DNA of 64,000 bases, counting the filler, from Basidiobolus ranarum (lineage: Eukaryota): NCBI GenBank assembly GCA_040143965.1. It is 19 parts of 19 records of this genome, joined end to end, with 100 filler letters (N's around TTAATTAATTAA, not from the genome) between each part and the next. Parts side by side here need not be neighbours in the genome. Positions count along the whole stretch, not along the records: positions 23,759 to 27,044 come from JASJQH010002589.1; positions 27,145 to 30,430 come from JASJQH010002590.1; positions 30,531 to 33,813 come from JASJQH010002591.1; positions 33,914 to 37,194 come from JASJQH010002592.1; 15 more parts are not named here. The stretch is one strand, 5' to 3'. The notes beneath the pieces were generated by a model. That model did no database searches, was not told the origin of the DNA, and worked only from the letters and a program-made list of their open reading frames with translations. Positions 25,231-37,294 of this stretch are shown one piece after another. The position numbers and the translations under genes were made by a program. Each line of letters starts with the position of its first letter. Positions within the stretch are counted from its first letter, which is position 1.

Positions 25231-26721
25231 GTGGAACGTATTATGGCTTCCACCTAATACTAGCGATTGAGCTTCTGACTGCATTAATCTTTAGAGGTGG
25301 CTAAAAAAGCGAATTGACTTATGTCGTTAGTTTTAACGCATCACTGATATATTGTATTTAACACATCACTGGTGTCAATATTTTTAACAGCAATAAGGTT
25401 TAACAAATTTCATCCGTGGAACTTACATTGTTCGATCTTTTGAATGTGTTTATAATATACTTAGGTCTGTACGGTATAGAAGACCAAATATCATACAAAA
25501 TAAATATGTTTCTCATGTTTGAGAGGAACCCCTCCATTCACCAGTGCAGCAGTTGAAAAAGTCTACCATTCATCTATTTGACTATTATATCCCAACTCTG
25601 AAAAGCTAATCATCAAACCCCACCAAAGATGGTTGGCCCAGATTGAATTAGTAAGTGTAAGTTGGGTGGTATAAAATAGAATTCTTCAAGTGCTTCTTGT
25701 GCTCCATTTTCTACCGAGGTATGTATGGGCTGGGTTATTGTCCAGCGTGAAGAAATACCTCCTAAACACAAACTTCAATTTCTAGGTAAATCAATGAGAT
25801 AAATGGGAATTGTTCCAGTAAACCAAGCATATTGAGTATGATAGAGAGAAATAAATGTTAAGGATGTCACCAAATTATAATTGCTTATCACTCCCTCCCC
25901 CCACAACCAGTATTAATAAACGACCACTCGCCACCAGGGTAGAGCCCCGATTCGACTGATAATATGCAGTTCAACGCCATTGGAATCTTGACAGAAGAAT
26001 CTGGTGATGCGACCTATACTTTCTAAACTCTTACCACCGCAATGCAATGAGAAGCCTATTACATTAAAATTCAGCCTTGCTATGCTAACACCAGTTTAGA
26101 TATATAGTAAACATATCATAAGCCTACTCTCGGCCTTGTTCTGATCGCACATAGGCATATTCTTGATAACAATTACCCGATTTAAGTTAATTGAATATAT
26201 TTTTATCAGTGACACACCAGCGGAACCCTCGGATTATCCTTGCAACAGGAATTCCTAGGAGATCAAGCATACATGGAATAAATGCAAATAGAGTAAAAAT
26301 AGGGAATACAAAAATATTTAATAGGATGGAGATAAATCGTTCACCATAAAAAGACGCGAAAAAAAACTGACCATGGCAACAATAAGCAGAAGTATATAGG
26401 TGATAATCACCAGCGAAAGTGATAAAAGTGGGCAAAAATAATAAATACTAAGAAAATCAATGTACAGTACGGATAGATATATGATGTAGAATCGGAGTGT
26501 ATGTGATAATGAAAATCCAGTTTTCAAGCCAAGAACATGACTGATAAGGAGTTATGCGGGCTATTACCACCTTTCATCTAAGAGTAGTCTTTCATATGGG
26601 AAATGAAAGAAAAATTATAAACCATGTAAGGGTTCGGGTAAGTGTATAGAATAGAACACATTTCATCTAACGAATAGTGTTGCTTTGAGGCGTCAGTAAA
26701 GCAGAGAACTCAAGTAAACTC

Positions 26722-27044
26722 TCAAGCATTGTGAGCTGCTTCATTCCCCGTATGCATGGTACTTAACGTTAATTTCGCCTGAAGCTCTTGAAGTTCACGC
26801 TGGAGATGATCATTTTCGTCCTCAAGTTTCTGTACTTTTTCTTCTAGTTCGGAGACATACTGTTTCTTCTTTTTGCGGCATTCCTTGGCAGCTTCTCTAT
26901 TGCGAACCAATCTACGCTGTCTCCTCTCTTCAATGGTAAGTCCTTTAAGCGAGCCTGGAGTGCTGCAACGCTCACGATTACCACTGTCTGGTGGAGAGGA
27001 GGGGGAGCTAGTTAAGGGAGATATACTTCCAGTATCAGCATTTG
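26722..27044 (-). CDS. bZIP transcription factor (CREB/ATF-like), 5'-truncated
   Basis: ERRQRRLVRNREAAKECRKKKKQYVSELEEKVQKLEDENDHLQREL: basic region and Leu zipper. Confidence 0.92.
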
Positions 27045-27144
27045 NNNNNNNNNNNNNNNNNNNNNNNNNNNNNNNNNNNNNNNNNNNNTTAATTAATTAA
27101 NNNNNNNNNNNNNNNNNNNNNNNNNNNNNNNNNNNNNNNNNNNN

Positions 27145-27290
27145 GGTGTTTAGGCAATGCTAATTTCAACACTTACATCTTGACAAAACTATAAATATTG
27201 ACTTTCAACTCAATAAATCAATAAGTGAGATCCACCAACTTCTCTATTTCTGCAAACCACTTCCAACAGGCTCCCAAATACCTTAACACC
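27145..27290. mobile_element. Two abutting fragments of copia LTR family A in opposite orientation
   Basis: ...GGCAATGCTAATTTCAACA (reverse complement of LTR start) followed by ...CAATAAATCAATAAGTG...CCCAAATACCTTAACA. Confidence 0.7.
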
Positions 27291-28021
27291 TTGCTGAACA
27301 AAATTCCTTAGATTACTTTGGTAATGTAAGAGCATATATATTCTGATTTCAGCCAGTCGTTGTATATTTCTGGAACTTGTACTAGTTGTATTTCAAATAC
27401 ACTCATATCCTAGGCCTCTTAATATTCTCAGCATATTTCACTTTGACATAATACAGAATATCTCTCAATTAAATAAAGATATTTGTCAATAATACAGTTC
27501 CAATTATCCTGAATACTTGAATTATAATATATGCCAATGGCAAATAGAATAAGTATCAGCGATTTTATTGATATATTGAAGAATATTTATCACATATCCT
27601 TTAAATTAGGTAATTTATAAATCCGAATTAATCAGGAAAAGTTTGTGAAGCGCCACACAAAAGTACCTATTGATTGAAATAAGAAATATGGTTGACGTAC
27701 TAGAGAGACACTGCATTCCGCGGTAAGACTCCACAATTGACCGCAGCAAAGAAATTGTTAATAAAATTGAATCCCATATTTGTGCTCGAAATGCATGTAC
27801 TACGAAATCACTTCTACTCCATATTGACGTCTTTAGATTTCTGCTAATTTCCTGCCTTGATATTAAAAGTATGTGTATGGTGTTTATAGACATGGTTTTC
27901 TGGCATTTGTGCTTTGCGGAGTATCACTTTGGCTCAAATATCAAGAATTCGGTTGTCTATTAAGTCTGTAGTAAAGGAAGAATTCTCATGGAAGTTACCC
28001 CTGTAGGTTTATATTTGCAGT

Positions 28022-29722
28022 ATGCTTGGACAATCTTCTATACTGGCTGTCACCAGACCAGCTTCGGCACTTCTAGCCTTGAATTCTCGTTTGATAGCTC
28101 ACAGAGTCCCTCAATTGGTAAAATATTAATAGTTACTTCTATGGTTTGAAAATTTGAAATTCATCCCTATTTTTACGTTCTACTCTTAATTGTAGTTGAG
28201 CAACCAAGTGCTCATTAAGGAGCAGCATTCATGGTATTCCAGTCCGACCGGATATGGAAATTCCTCTTGGTCACGTAGGCGTTTACCACGAAACACTGTA
28301 AGCTAACGAGTCATTTCCCGGGTCTAGAATGAAGTAATACTTATTCATGGTTTGTAGATAATCAAATTTGTTCCTCAACAAGAGGCTTGGCTCGTCGAGC
28401 GTATGGGTAAATTCAGTAGAGTTTTGGAACCAGGTCTAGCTATTTTAGTTCCCATTTTAGACAGTATAAAATATGTCAAGAGTCTAAAGGAAGTGGCCAT
28501 TGAGATTCCCACTCAAAGTGCTATCACCCAAGGTAAATCATGGACATTCTAGATACGCTGAAGAGGAAACTTATTTTCTCTTCTAGACAACGTCACCCTA
28601 CAGCTCGATGGTGTTCTTTATTACAAAGTTGAGGATCCTTATAAGGTATAGAGATTTGATTCCCACCTTGTTTGATCTACAGACTAATACTCCCCAGGCC
28701 TCCTACGGCGTTGAAGATGCAGAGTTTTCGGTTTCTCAATTAGCACAAACAACGATGCGCGCTGAGATTGGTCACATGACCCTTGATAAAACTTTGGCTG
28801 AGCGTAATACGTTAAACATCAACATTGTGGAAGCTATTAATACAGCAGCCGCTGATTGGGGTATCAGATGTTTGAGATATGAAATTCGTAAGGGAATCTT
28901 GGATCTAGTTGTACTTAGTACTGCTGTTAACAAGATGTATTCTAGGTGACATTCATCCTCCTGATAATGTGGTCGAAGCTATGCATTCCCAAGTCTCTGC
29001 AGAGCGAAGCAAACGTGCCCAGATTTTGGAATCCGAAGGTACTGGTCATGAAATGGGTCTGACGATCTTCATAATATACTTATATCCGTTATTGATTAGG
29101 TTCGCGTCAGGCTGCCATCAACGTTGCTGAAGGTAAAAAGCAGGGTACTATTCTTGCTTCGGAGGCCCAAAAGTTGGAGCAAATTAATGAGGCACAAGGT
29201 ACTTCCCAGTGACTAGGTTCTTTCCATGATACACGAAACTTATCTTTGATTGATAGGTGAGGCGGAAGCCATTATTCTCCGCGCACAGGCTACTGCCCAA
29301 GGTATTCAGCGTATTGCTCAATCGATTAGTCAGTCTGAGGGTGGACACCACGCCGTATCTCTTACCGTTGCTGAGAAATATGTAGATGCCTTTGGTAAAT
29401 TGGCTAAGGAGGGCACTACTATTGTTGTGCCTGCTGCAGCTGCTGATGTTGGAAGCATGGTTGCTCAAGTAAGTAAAATTGGTACAACATGGCAACTTCA
29501 TCAAGACTGATCGATCTCCACTATAATTAGGCCTTGACTATCTATAACAAGATCAACCATAATGTTGGAAACCAAGGGCATTCTGGAATGTCGACCATTT
29601 CAGAGGAACCAGTTAGAAAAGCGATTAAAGAAAAGCCAGAGATTCCAGCTTCAAGGATATCCGATGAATTCAACGTGTTCCAAAACCATCTTGATGATTC
29701 AGATAACAACGACAAGCGCTAA
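28022..29722 (+). CDS. STOML2: Stomatin-like protein 2 (mitochondrial SPFH/band-7 protein), multi-exon
   Basis: [83 protein letters not shown]. Confidence 0.92.
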
Positions 29723-30253
29723 CCTAATCTTGATCAAAATCAGGGTGGCTTTTACTCACAACTTTGTCGTTCCGATATATCGGACATTCTCTGGCATATT
29801 CTTACGCATCTCAATCTCCTTAAAATAAGGCTGTTTAACACCAATTCCCACCCTACTGTTATCTATTGTCATAAAATAAATTTCATCTTTGCCGCGAATA
29901 TACATACATTTTGTTAATTTCTGTTTTGTTCATTAAATCGAGGAATGCATATCTGGTTTAGATGCAACATTTGCCGTAGATAATCTGAATATGCAGGTGT
30001 CCATTAATCAAGTGAAACCTCCCAAAAGTGGTGAAAATGATGATCAGCCAAGATTAAGTATGTGGGATATCTCTACTAGGTCACTACCATAACTGTACTA
30101 AAGAGGAAGATAGATAGCTAATCACCAGTTACCAAAACGCCACCATCATAGAAGTAGTACTACAATTCACAAATCAAGGATAAGCGACCTTATAAAAAGA
30201 AGGAATAGCCTAGTACTGAACCACACTATCACTGAATAAGCAATTAGCCTTAA

Positions 30254-30430
30254 ATGTCTGCCACTTTATTGAGATCAGCTTCCTTGCTCAAGAATGCTAC
30301 TCCTTCAGCTGTAAGAGCTCTTCCTGCTCTTAGAAGTATGAGCACCCACGCTAATGCTGCTTGCGAAGAAAGTGAACCTGCATTCCTTGGTTGTGTAGAG
30401 CAGTTCTTCGATAAGGCTGCTTCAGTCAGT
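30254..30430 (+). CDS. Probable mitochondrial glutamate dehydrogenase (GLUD-type) N-terminus, truncated
   Basis: Arg/Ser/Ala-rich presequence, then EPAFLGCVEQFFDKAAS, resembling the GLUD N-terminal helix; TATAAAA at ~30191. Confidence 0.6.
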
Positions 30431-30530
30431 NNNNNNNNNNNNNNNNNNNNNNNNNNNNNNNNNNNNNNNNNNNNTTAATTAATTAANNNNNNNNNNNNNN
30501 NNNNNNNNNNNNNNNNNNNNNNNNNNNNNN

Positions 30531-31241
30531 TATGTGACTGCCAAGATTCTTCGTCGTTGTACGAATAGGAATAGTCAAAGAAATTCGCAAAACCACTGTT
30601 AGTGATACTACTGCATTTCAGATATATTTTTTCGTAATCTCTATCCTTAAACAACTCCAATAGTTTATCATTTAAGTGATGACGCTTAGCAGCAGATTTC
30701 AAGAGACTCTGCTTCAAATGACTTGGTAATTTGACAATCATATCGGAGGTGATCAACTCGGATTTGATGTATGTGGCTGCGACTTGAGTACATATCCTGG
30801 TAAGGCTTTTGAGACGGGTTTGAGTATCTTCTTAAGTAAAGCCAAAATATAAATATAAGTATTTAATCTCTGTTCCACTATAAATCGAGTAAATTGATGC
30901 AAACCTTTTGACCTGTCTTTCACACACCGTGTTCTAGGAGGAGGTGGAAGTGGACCGGCTAATACTTTTTGAGCTGTCACAATAGCTCTACGCTTATCTT
31001 TTTCGTCCAGAAAAAGATTATAAGTGGTAAATGAATTGGTGAAAGGAAGAATACTGTTTCGAGCCCATACACTTTGAGGTGAATGTTTTTGGATTTGTGC
31101 CGATATTTGCTCTTGTTTTAGCTCATTTAAGGCTACATTGACAGCTTTTTCCACACAGTGATGATTGTAGACATCATAAGGTCTTACTCTTTTGATAGGT
31201 CTACAATATCTAGGCGCAAAAGGCAAGTTTCTTTTTGGCAT
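30531..31241 (-). CDS. Hypothetical protein, 5' part (probably one intron ~30845-30910)
   Basis: Two long adjacent ORFs (MPKRNLPFAP... and ...KSLTRICTQVAA...LPSHLKQSLL...); possibly an LRR/F-box-like N-terminus. Confidence 0.5.
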
Positions 31242-31885
31242 ATGCAATAAAAGAAGTATGAAAATAACTAAAGAAAAAGTGGGTGTTTTGGTTCGTGAAG
31301 CATAACAAGACCAAACGTTGACCTTATAAGAGTAAAATATATTTTCTACTAAGCAAGCTATTAAAAATTTCCATTTTACTGGTTAACCGTATTAATCCAA
31401 CTGGCCTGCTTATATTAATTGCGGCAATACAATCCCCAAATACTCAGTCAGGCAAGCTATACTTTTGTGTGAATGTGACTTGTGATAAAAGAGAGACATA
31501 GCATGAGATAAATCTTATTGCTTATGACCAATTTCTATCATTCGTAAATAGGGGATTCCCCAACAAGTTCTACAAAAAAATGCCGCAATATTATGAACCC
31601 GCTATGATATACATGTATATTGATATATACAGTCACAGGTATCAAAGTCTGACTGCGCATTCGAAAAGGAAAACTTATCCGAATTTTGCATTTTGAATCT
31701 TGATCAACAACTTATTTTGTAGAATATCTTACGAGGTTCTTCCATCTCATTGATGAGAAAGCACGTGCGTTTTGAAATGTGATTTATTCGCAGCATTAGA
31801 GTGTTTGATAGTGTGTCATACCTCCAACTTAAGGACTAACAATTAAGTAATAATTTACATATAAAATGAGATTAAGCTAGAGCCA

Positions 31886-32050
31886 TCAATGCTTGCCACC
31901 AGATATATGGGATGGATATAGACGAAGACTGTTATCAGTAGCGATCTTCTTGCCCATACTGTAGAAAGCAAATCCGACAGCACCACTCAAGACGGCGATA
32001 AGAGGAGTAACTTCGACTGGGACTTTTCTCAAAGCAGTTCCGAGGCTCAT
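31886..32050 (-). CDS. NDUFA4/COXFA4 (MLRQ/B12D)-like microprotein, copy 1, 54 aa
   Basis: MSLGTALRKVPVEVTPLIAVLSGAVGFAFYSMGKKIATDNSLRLYPSHISGGKH*; P.E..PL, single TM, D..LRL; TATA-like element upstream. Confidence 0.75.
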   Translation of the reverse strand: MSLGTALRKVPVEVTPLIAVLSGAVGFAFYSMGKKIATDNSLRLYPSHISGGKH

Positions 32051-32884
32051 GTTTAGGTATTATTGGTCAATTAGCTAGGTTTAAAATGAGTTTAGCTGGT
32101 GAACATCCTTTTGCTTTTATATATGATATTCCAATGATTTGCAGAGACTCCAGAACAGTCGATTAACTCCAGCATGATCAAATCATTGGACTTACTGACT
32201 ACGAGACATTAACCCTATAGTACTCTTGCCATACATCCCTTATTCCTGAGAAGGCTCGTACCTAGAACCACCGTTACCCAAATAGTAAACAGGTGTATCT
32301 TCAACCATTCCACGTAAAGGAACTCTTCCGCTACTAAGTGTGTTTCATTAACGGGTAATTTGTGATTCTAATATATTGTTTACTATTCTTATTATTTATA
32401 TATTCAGCTTTGGTCCTCCATAATTTCAAAAAATTGATCAACCTAGAATGCTCCAGAGGGCGCTAGAGTCTATATGCATATCCAAATTAAATTACACCAC
32501 CTCTTCGATTACACTGCAGTTATTTCTTTCTCCACACCTGCTATGAATAGAGTAATCGGGATAGATTCTTGTTGACAGAGCAGCTATATATTATCATATT
32601 CTAAGCTTGGCGCAAAGATATCAAGATGAAACAAGTCACAATAGTATTGACTATTCATGTATTTTGTAAGATTTAGTTACATATTTTGAAGTGATAGTTA
32701 AATAATCGTATCTACTTGAGGAACGTTGGTCACAATATCAAAGCCCACTATTTCAAATATGATGTTGAGAAATGATTTATTTCAAAACTAAATGTGCATT
32801 CTACACGTGCAATATTGATTGTCAGAATTTTGAGATAGAGAGGCGATTAGGGGTATATTACAATGTTTACGGTGATGTAAATTT

Positions 32885-33052
32885 TCAATGGTTCTTGGCA
32901 CCTGACATATGAGAGGGATATAGACGAAGATCTTTATCAGTGGCGATCTTCTTGCCCATACTGTAGAAAGCAAACCCGACGGCACCACTCAAGACGGCGA
33001 TAAGAGGAGTAACTTCGACTGGGACTTTTCTCAAGGCAGTTCCGAGGCTCAT
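32885..33052 (-). CDS. NDUFA4/B12D-like microprotein, copy 2, 55 aa
   Basis: MSLGTALRKVPVEVTPLIAVLSGAVGFAFYSMGKKIATDKDLRLYPSHMSGAKNH*. Confidence 0.75.
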   Translation of the reverse strand: MSLGTALRKVPVEVTPLIAVLSGAVGFAFYSMGKKIATDKDLRLYPSHMSGAKNH

Positions 33053-33654
33053 GTTTAGGAATTATTGATGGATTAGCTTGGTTTAGAATGAGTTTAGCTG
33101 GTGAACATCCCCTTGCTTTTATATAAGATATTCCAATGATTTTCAGCGGCTCCAGAACAGTCGATAATCTCCAAGATGAAATTATCAGGCATGCTGACTA
33201 TGAAATCTAATCTCACAAAGTCTTTAGCATATAATATTTCTCGGAAGATTAGTACCTAAAACTATCGTTTCTCAAATAATAAATAATGGAGTATTCACTC
33301 ATATATCTACTTTGAGACCTATATCTTACTAAAAATCTAGATATATTACCCCACATTTAGGATTAAACCGTAGATATTCATCACTTGGCTTACTAGAACT
33401 AGTACAAGCAAGATAAGTTCCTGTTGATCATGATTGAGCAAACGACTTTACAATGGATTAATTTAATGTCTAACCAAAGATAATAATGGCATCCACACCT
33501 CAGACATACCAAAGCTAACTAGTATAAGTTTGTTGTGAAAAATTTATTGCTGTTAAGGGTACATGTATATTTTACACCCACAATGTTTGTTTTCAAAACT
33601 TGAGATAGGAAGAGGATTATAGGTATATTACAATGTCTACTTTGACGACGACTC

Positions 33655-33813
33655 TTAATGGTTCTTAACATCAGACATGTGAGAGGGATAAAGGCGAAGA
33701 CTTTTATCAGTAGCGATCTTCTTGCCCATGCTGTAGAAAGCAAATCCGACGGCACCACTCAAGACGGCGATAAGAGGAGTAACTTCGACTGGGACTTTTC
33801 TCAAGGCAGTTCC
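33655..33813 (-). CDS. NDUFA4/B12D-like microprotein, copy 3 (first 3 codons beyond contig end)
   Basis: GTALRKVPVEVTPLIAVLSGAVGFAFYSMGKKIATDKSLRLYPSHMSDVKNH*. Confidence 0.72.
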   Translation of the reverse strand, partial: GTALRKVPVEVTPLIAVLSGAVGFAFYSMGKKIATDKSLRLYPSHMSDVKNH

Positions 33814-33913
33814 NNNNNNNNNNNNNNNNNNNNNNNNNNNNNNNNNNNNNNNNNNNNTTAATTAATTAANNNNNNNNNNNNNNNNNNNNNNNNNNNNNNN
33901 NNNNNNNNNNNNN

Positions 33914-34334
33914 CCACACAACTCATCAAACCAATAATCCAATTTCTGCTGGAGTTCCTACCGCTGGCGTTGGTTCTACTGGAGTTGCTACCAGTAATGA
34001 TCCTTATCACAATGTGTCTGGTGAAAAGCCTTCGACCATGTCAGCCAAGAAGGATCAAGCTGTAGGTGCAATGAAGCAGAGTGTCGGAAGTACCTTCAAC
34101 AAGCCATCCCTTGAAGTTCAAGGTGCAGGCCAGCGACAAGAAGGCCATCTACAAGAGCATGTGGCTAAGAATCAACCAGGAGCTGTCACAGGAACTGCTA
34201 ATGCTGCTACTGGTGCGGTGAAACAAAATGTAGGCTATGCAACTGGCAACCCATCCATGGAGGTCAATGGGGCTTCACAACGAGTACATGGTGATGCACA
34301 ACAGAATGCAGCTTATAACAACAGAGTATTATAA
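33914..34334 (+). CDS. CsbD/LEA-like hydrophilin, copy 1 (3' part)
   Basis: Paralog of the C-terminus of 35295-36182 (KKDQAVGAMKQ.VG, GAVKQNVGYATGN). Confidence 0.8.
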
Positions 34335-35294
34335 ATATTTACTTATCCAGACAACTTACTGTCAGTTAAATTCTTCTCATGTACACCAATTGCACTTTTT
34401 TGTTAAATAGTAAAATAAATATTGCTTCAAAATAACTCATTTGACTACGTTTGCAGTGCATGCATTATAATCCTCTGTTTACAACGGCAAATTTAACAAC
34501 GTAGTTAAATCTACAGCAACACTGATGGCGATTTGCTATAGATATCACTAGGATAATTTTGCGTTGGGTTTGTTTTAATCTTCGTATTTGTTGAGATATC
34601 TAACTTCTGTCCAATTTGAATGCATAAAAAATACACCACTCATTATTAGTATTTCGATTAATAGGCCGGTTTAATATTTATAACTTAAACGGAACAATGT
34701 AAATAAGAGATTTATATATCTCGTTGGTTGTAGCTTTAACGATGGGTTCGAGTATAAGAAACCACTGTGATACCTTGTAGTTCTTGGAGTGATAGTAGTG
34801 TAAATATTAGTAACTTAGTAACTTTAACGATCGGATTCAGTATAAGAATCCACAGTAATACCTGGTGATTCTCAAGGAGTGGTAGCAGTGTAAGTATTGG
34901 TAACTTATTGACAGCAGCTTGAAATGTGAGAAAGAAACTAACGTTAGTCCAAGTACTTTGCGTTCTTCACAGATCAACATATATTGATGGTTCTACCAGT
35001 CGCGAGATTAGCTTCGGTGTTAATCAAGCGGTTGCTATGTGTATGCGTAACGGTACTCATTTAGGTAAAAATGAAATTATGCTAACTAGCATTAGACTTA
35101 AGGCTAAGCTATATTTAGATGCGATGAGATAATTACGGTGACGAAATCAGAACGTAGTCCGTATGACATGATCTGCGAAATATTCATTGCTAATATAAAT
35201 TCATTCTGAATTGAGCGAGTATAAAAAGGAAGTAAGTGATCACCATTATAATTAAAATCAACTGCCTCTAAAATCATATCAATCTAATATCACC

Positions 35295-36182
35295 ATGTCT
35301 AAAATCTCTGCTGCCGCCAAGAACGCCGCTGGTAACATCCAAGAAGGAGTTGGTAAGATGTTCAACAGTGAAAGTATGATCGCCAAGGGCGAACAAAAGC
35401 AAGTTGAAGCTGAACAACAAAAGTTGGCTGCCGAACAAAAGAGTTCAGGTAATGCTCACTCAGCCAAGGGTACAGCCAAACAAAACATTGGTGAGGCTAC
35501 CAACAACCCACACCTAGCTGCTGAGGGTGGAGCCGAACGCTATCATGGAAATGCTCAGCACAATGCTGGAAAGTTAAATGATCCAAGTGACAGAGTAGGT
35601 GCTGGTATTACCGGCACCCATCATACCGGTACCGGAGTAACTGGTACTCATCATACAGGCGCTGGAGTTACTGGTACTGGCTTAGCTGGTACCAATGCTA
35701 GCAACAGTCATATTCCTGGAACCACGAGCACTGCAGGAACTGGTTACACCGGAGCTGATCCACTTCATGGCCATTCAACCAGCACAGGTCACCACACAAC
35801 TCATCAAACCAATAATCCAATTTCCACTGGAGTTCCTACCAGTAATGATCCTTATCACAATGTGTCTGGTGAAAAGCCTTCGACAATGTCTGCCAAGAAG
35901 GATCAAGCCGTAGGAGCTATGAAACAGAATGTTGGAAGTGCTTTCAACAACCCGTCTGTTGAAGTCCAAGGTGCAGGTCAACGTCAAGAAGGCCATCTCC
36001 AAGAACATGTGGCTAAAAATCAACCGGGAGCTGTCGTAGGAACTACTAATGCTGCAACTGGTGCGGTGAAACAAAATGTCGGTTATGCTACTGGTAACCC
36101 ATCTATGGAGCTTAATGGAGCTTCACAAAGAGTACATGGTGATGCACAACAGAATGTAGCTCATAACAGCCGAGTATTGTAA
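35295..36182 (+). CDS. CsbD/LEA-like hydrophilin, 295 aa, four CsbD-like units and a G/T/H-rich linker (copy 2)
   Basis: Intronless ORF; repeated G..KQ.VG...N......G...EG units; TATAAAA at ~35220. Confidence 0.85.
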   Translation: MSKISAAAKNAAGNIQEGVGKMFNSESMIAKGEQKQVEAEQQKLAAEQKSSGNAHSAKGTAKQNIGEATNNPHLAAEGGAERYHGNAQHNAGKLNDPSDRVGAGITGTHHTGTGVTGTHHTGAGVTGTGLAGTNASNSHIPGTTSTAGTGYTGADPLHGHSTSTGHHTTHQTNNPISTGVPTSNDPYHNVSGEKPSTMSAKKDQAVGAMKQNVGSAFNNPSVEVQGAGQRQEGHLQEHVAKNQPGAVVGTTNAATGAVKQNVGYATGNPSMELNGASQRVHGDAQQNVAHNSRVL

Positions 36183-37048
36183 TATAGTTTCTCATTCAAA
36201 CCACATACCGTCGGTTAAACGTATATCAGGTTTACCACCTTCTTGTTAAATAGTGAATAAATATTATTCGAAATCAACTCGCTTGACCATACTCTTAGTA
36301 TTTGATTTGCCATCCTTCATTCTTATTATTATATAAACTGCTAGGATAAGTAGTAAGGGTTTCTGCCGCTGAAACATTCAATTTAGGCTTATTTGTATCT
36401 GGAAATTTGAATCTTACTTTGAAAGTAACAAATGAAAAGATAAACAGGCTTCAATGTACTTGGCATTCAAAAATTGATGGTTCTCTCATTACTCGAACCG
36501 CCAACTGAAATACCAGCAATATCCATGATCTGTGTGATATTGGACCCTAGATTTGATCGGTCCCGACTTTACAAATATAGTGATAGTATAAACCGGTCAA
36601 AGTACCAGAGTATTCTTAAATAGAGGTCACCGTAGAAGCAATTAGCAACTGCATGAAGCACGAGAAAAAGTCAACGGAGATCACGTCATAATTTGTTCTA
36701 TATAAATCAACATACATTGATGGTTTTGCTAGCACTAAGATTGGTTAGTGTGTATGACATCATACAATTGCTCTTCGTATACTCAACGGTACTTCAGGCG
36801 AGAAGGAAATTATTTAATGGCTATAGATTCAAGACTATTCCGGATTAGGTAGATATCCTGAAAGTTGGATTCTAAGCAATAAAGTGATGATAGTGACGAT
36901 ATTTGAACGTAAGCAGTGGCCCTAATCTACGAAATTTTTAATGATGCTCAAAATTCTATCCGAATGGAACGAGTATAAAAAGGAAGTCAGTGATCACTAA
37001 TATCATTAAAATCAACTGCCTCTAAAACCATATCAATCTAATATCACC

Positions 37049-37194
37049 ATGTCTAAAATCTCTGCTGCCGCCAAGAACGCCGCTGGTAACATCCAAGAAG
37101 GAGTTGGTAAGATGTTCAACAGTGAAAGTATGGTCGCCAAGGGTGAGCAGAAGCAAGTAGAAGCTGAACAACAAAAGCTAGCTGCTGAACAAAA
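37049..37194 (+). CDS. CsbD/LEA-like hydrophilin, copy 3 (5' part)
   Basis: Near-identical N-terminus and proximal promoter to copy 2. Confidence 0.85.
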
Positions 37195-37294
37195 NNNNNN
37201 NNNNNNNNNNNNNNNNNNNNNNNNNNNNNNNNNNNNNNTTAATTAATTAANNNNNNNNNNNNNNNNNNNNNNNNNNNNNNNNNNNNNNNNNNNN

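Noticed and set aside
25530-26530. Possible transposase partner or cargo upstream of the Fanzor-like gene
   Set aside because: No transposase motifs, TIRs or sustained ORF found by eye; the ORFs at 26187-26527 look like AT-rich 3' flank of the bZIP gene.
31920-33813. Repeated ~170-bp blocks as ncRNA or MITE, and ORF-track frames 32788-32988, 33519-33758, 33658-33861
   Set aside because: The substitution pattern preserves a different short minus-strand frame, the NDUFA4-like one; the listed ORFs are shadow frames.
34730-34910. ~88-bp imperfect tandem duplication between hydrophilin copies
   Set aside because: Only two diverged units and no evidence of function.
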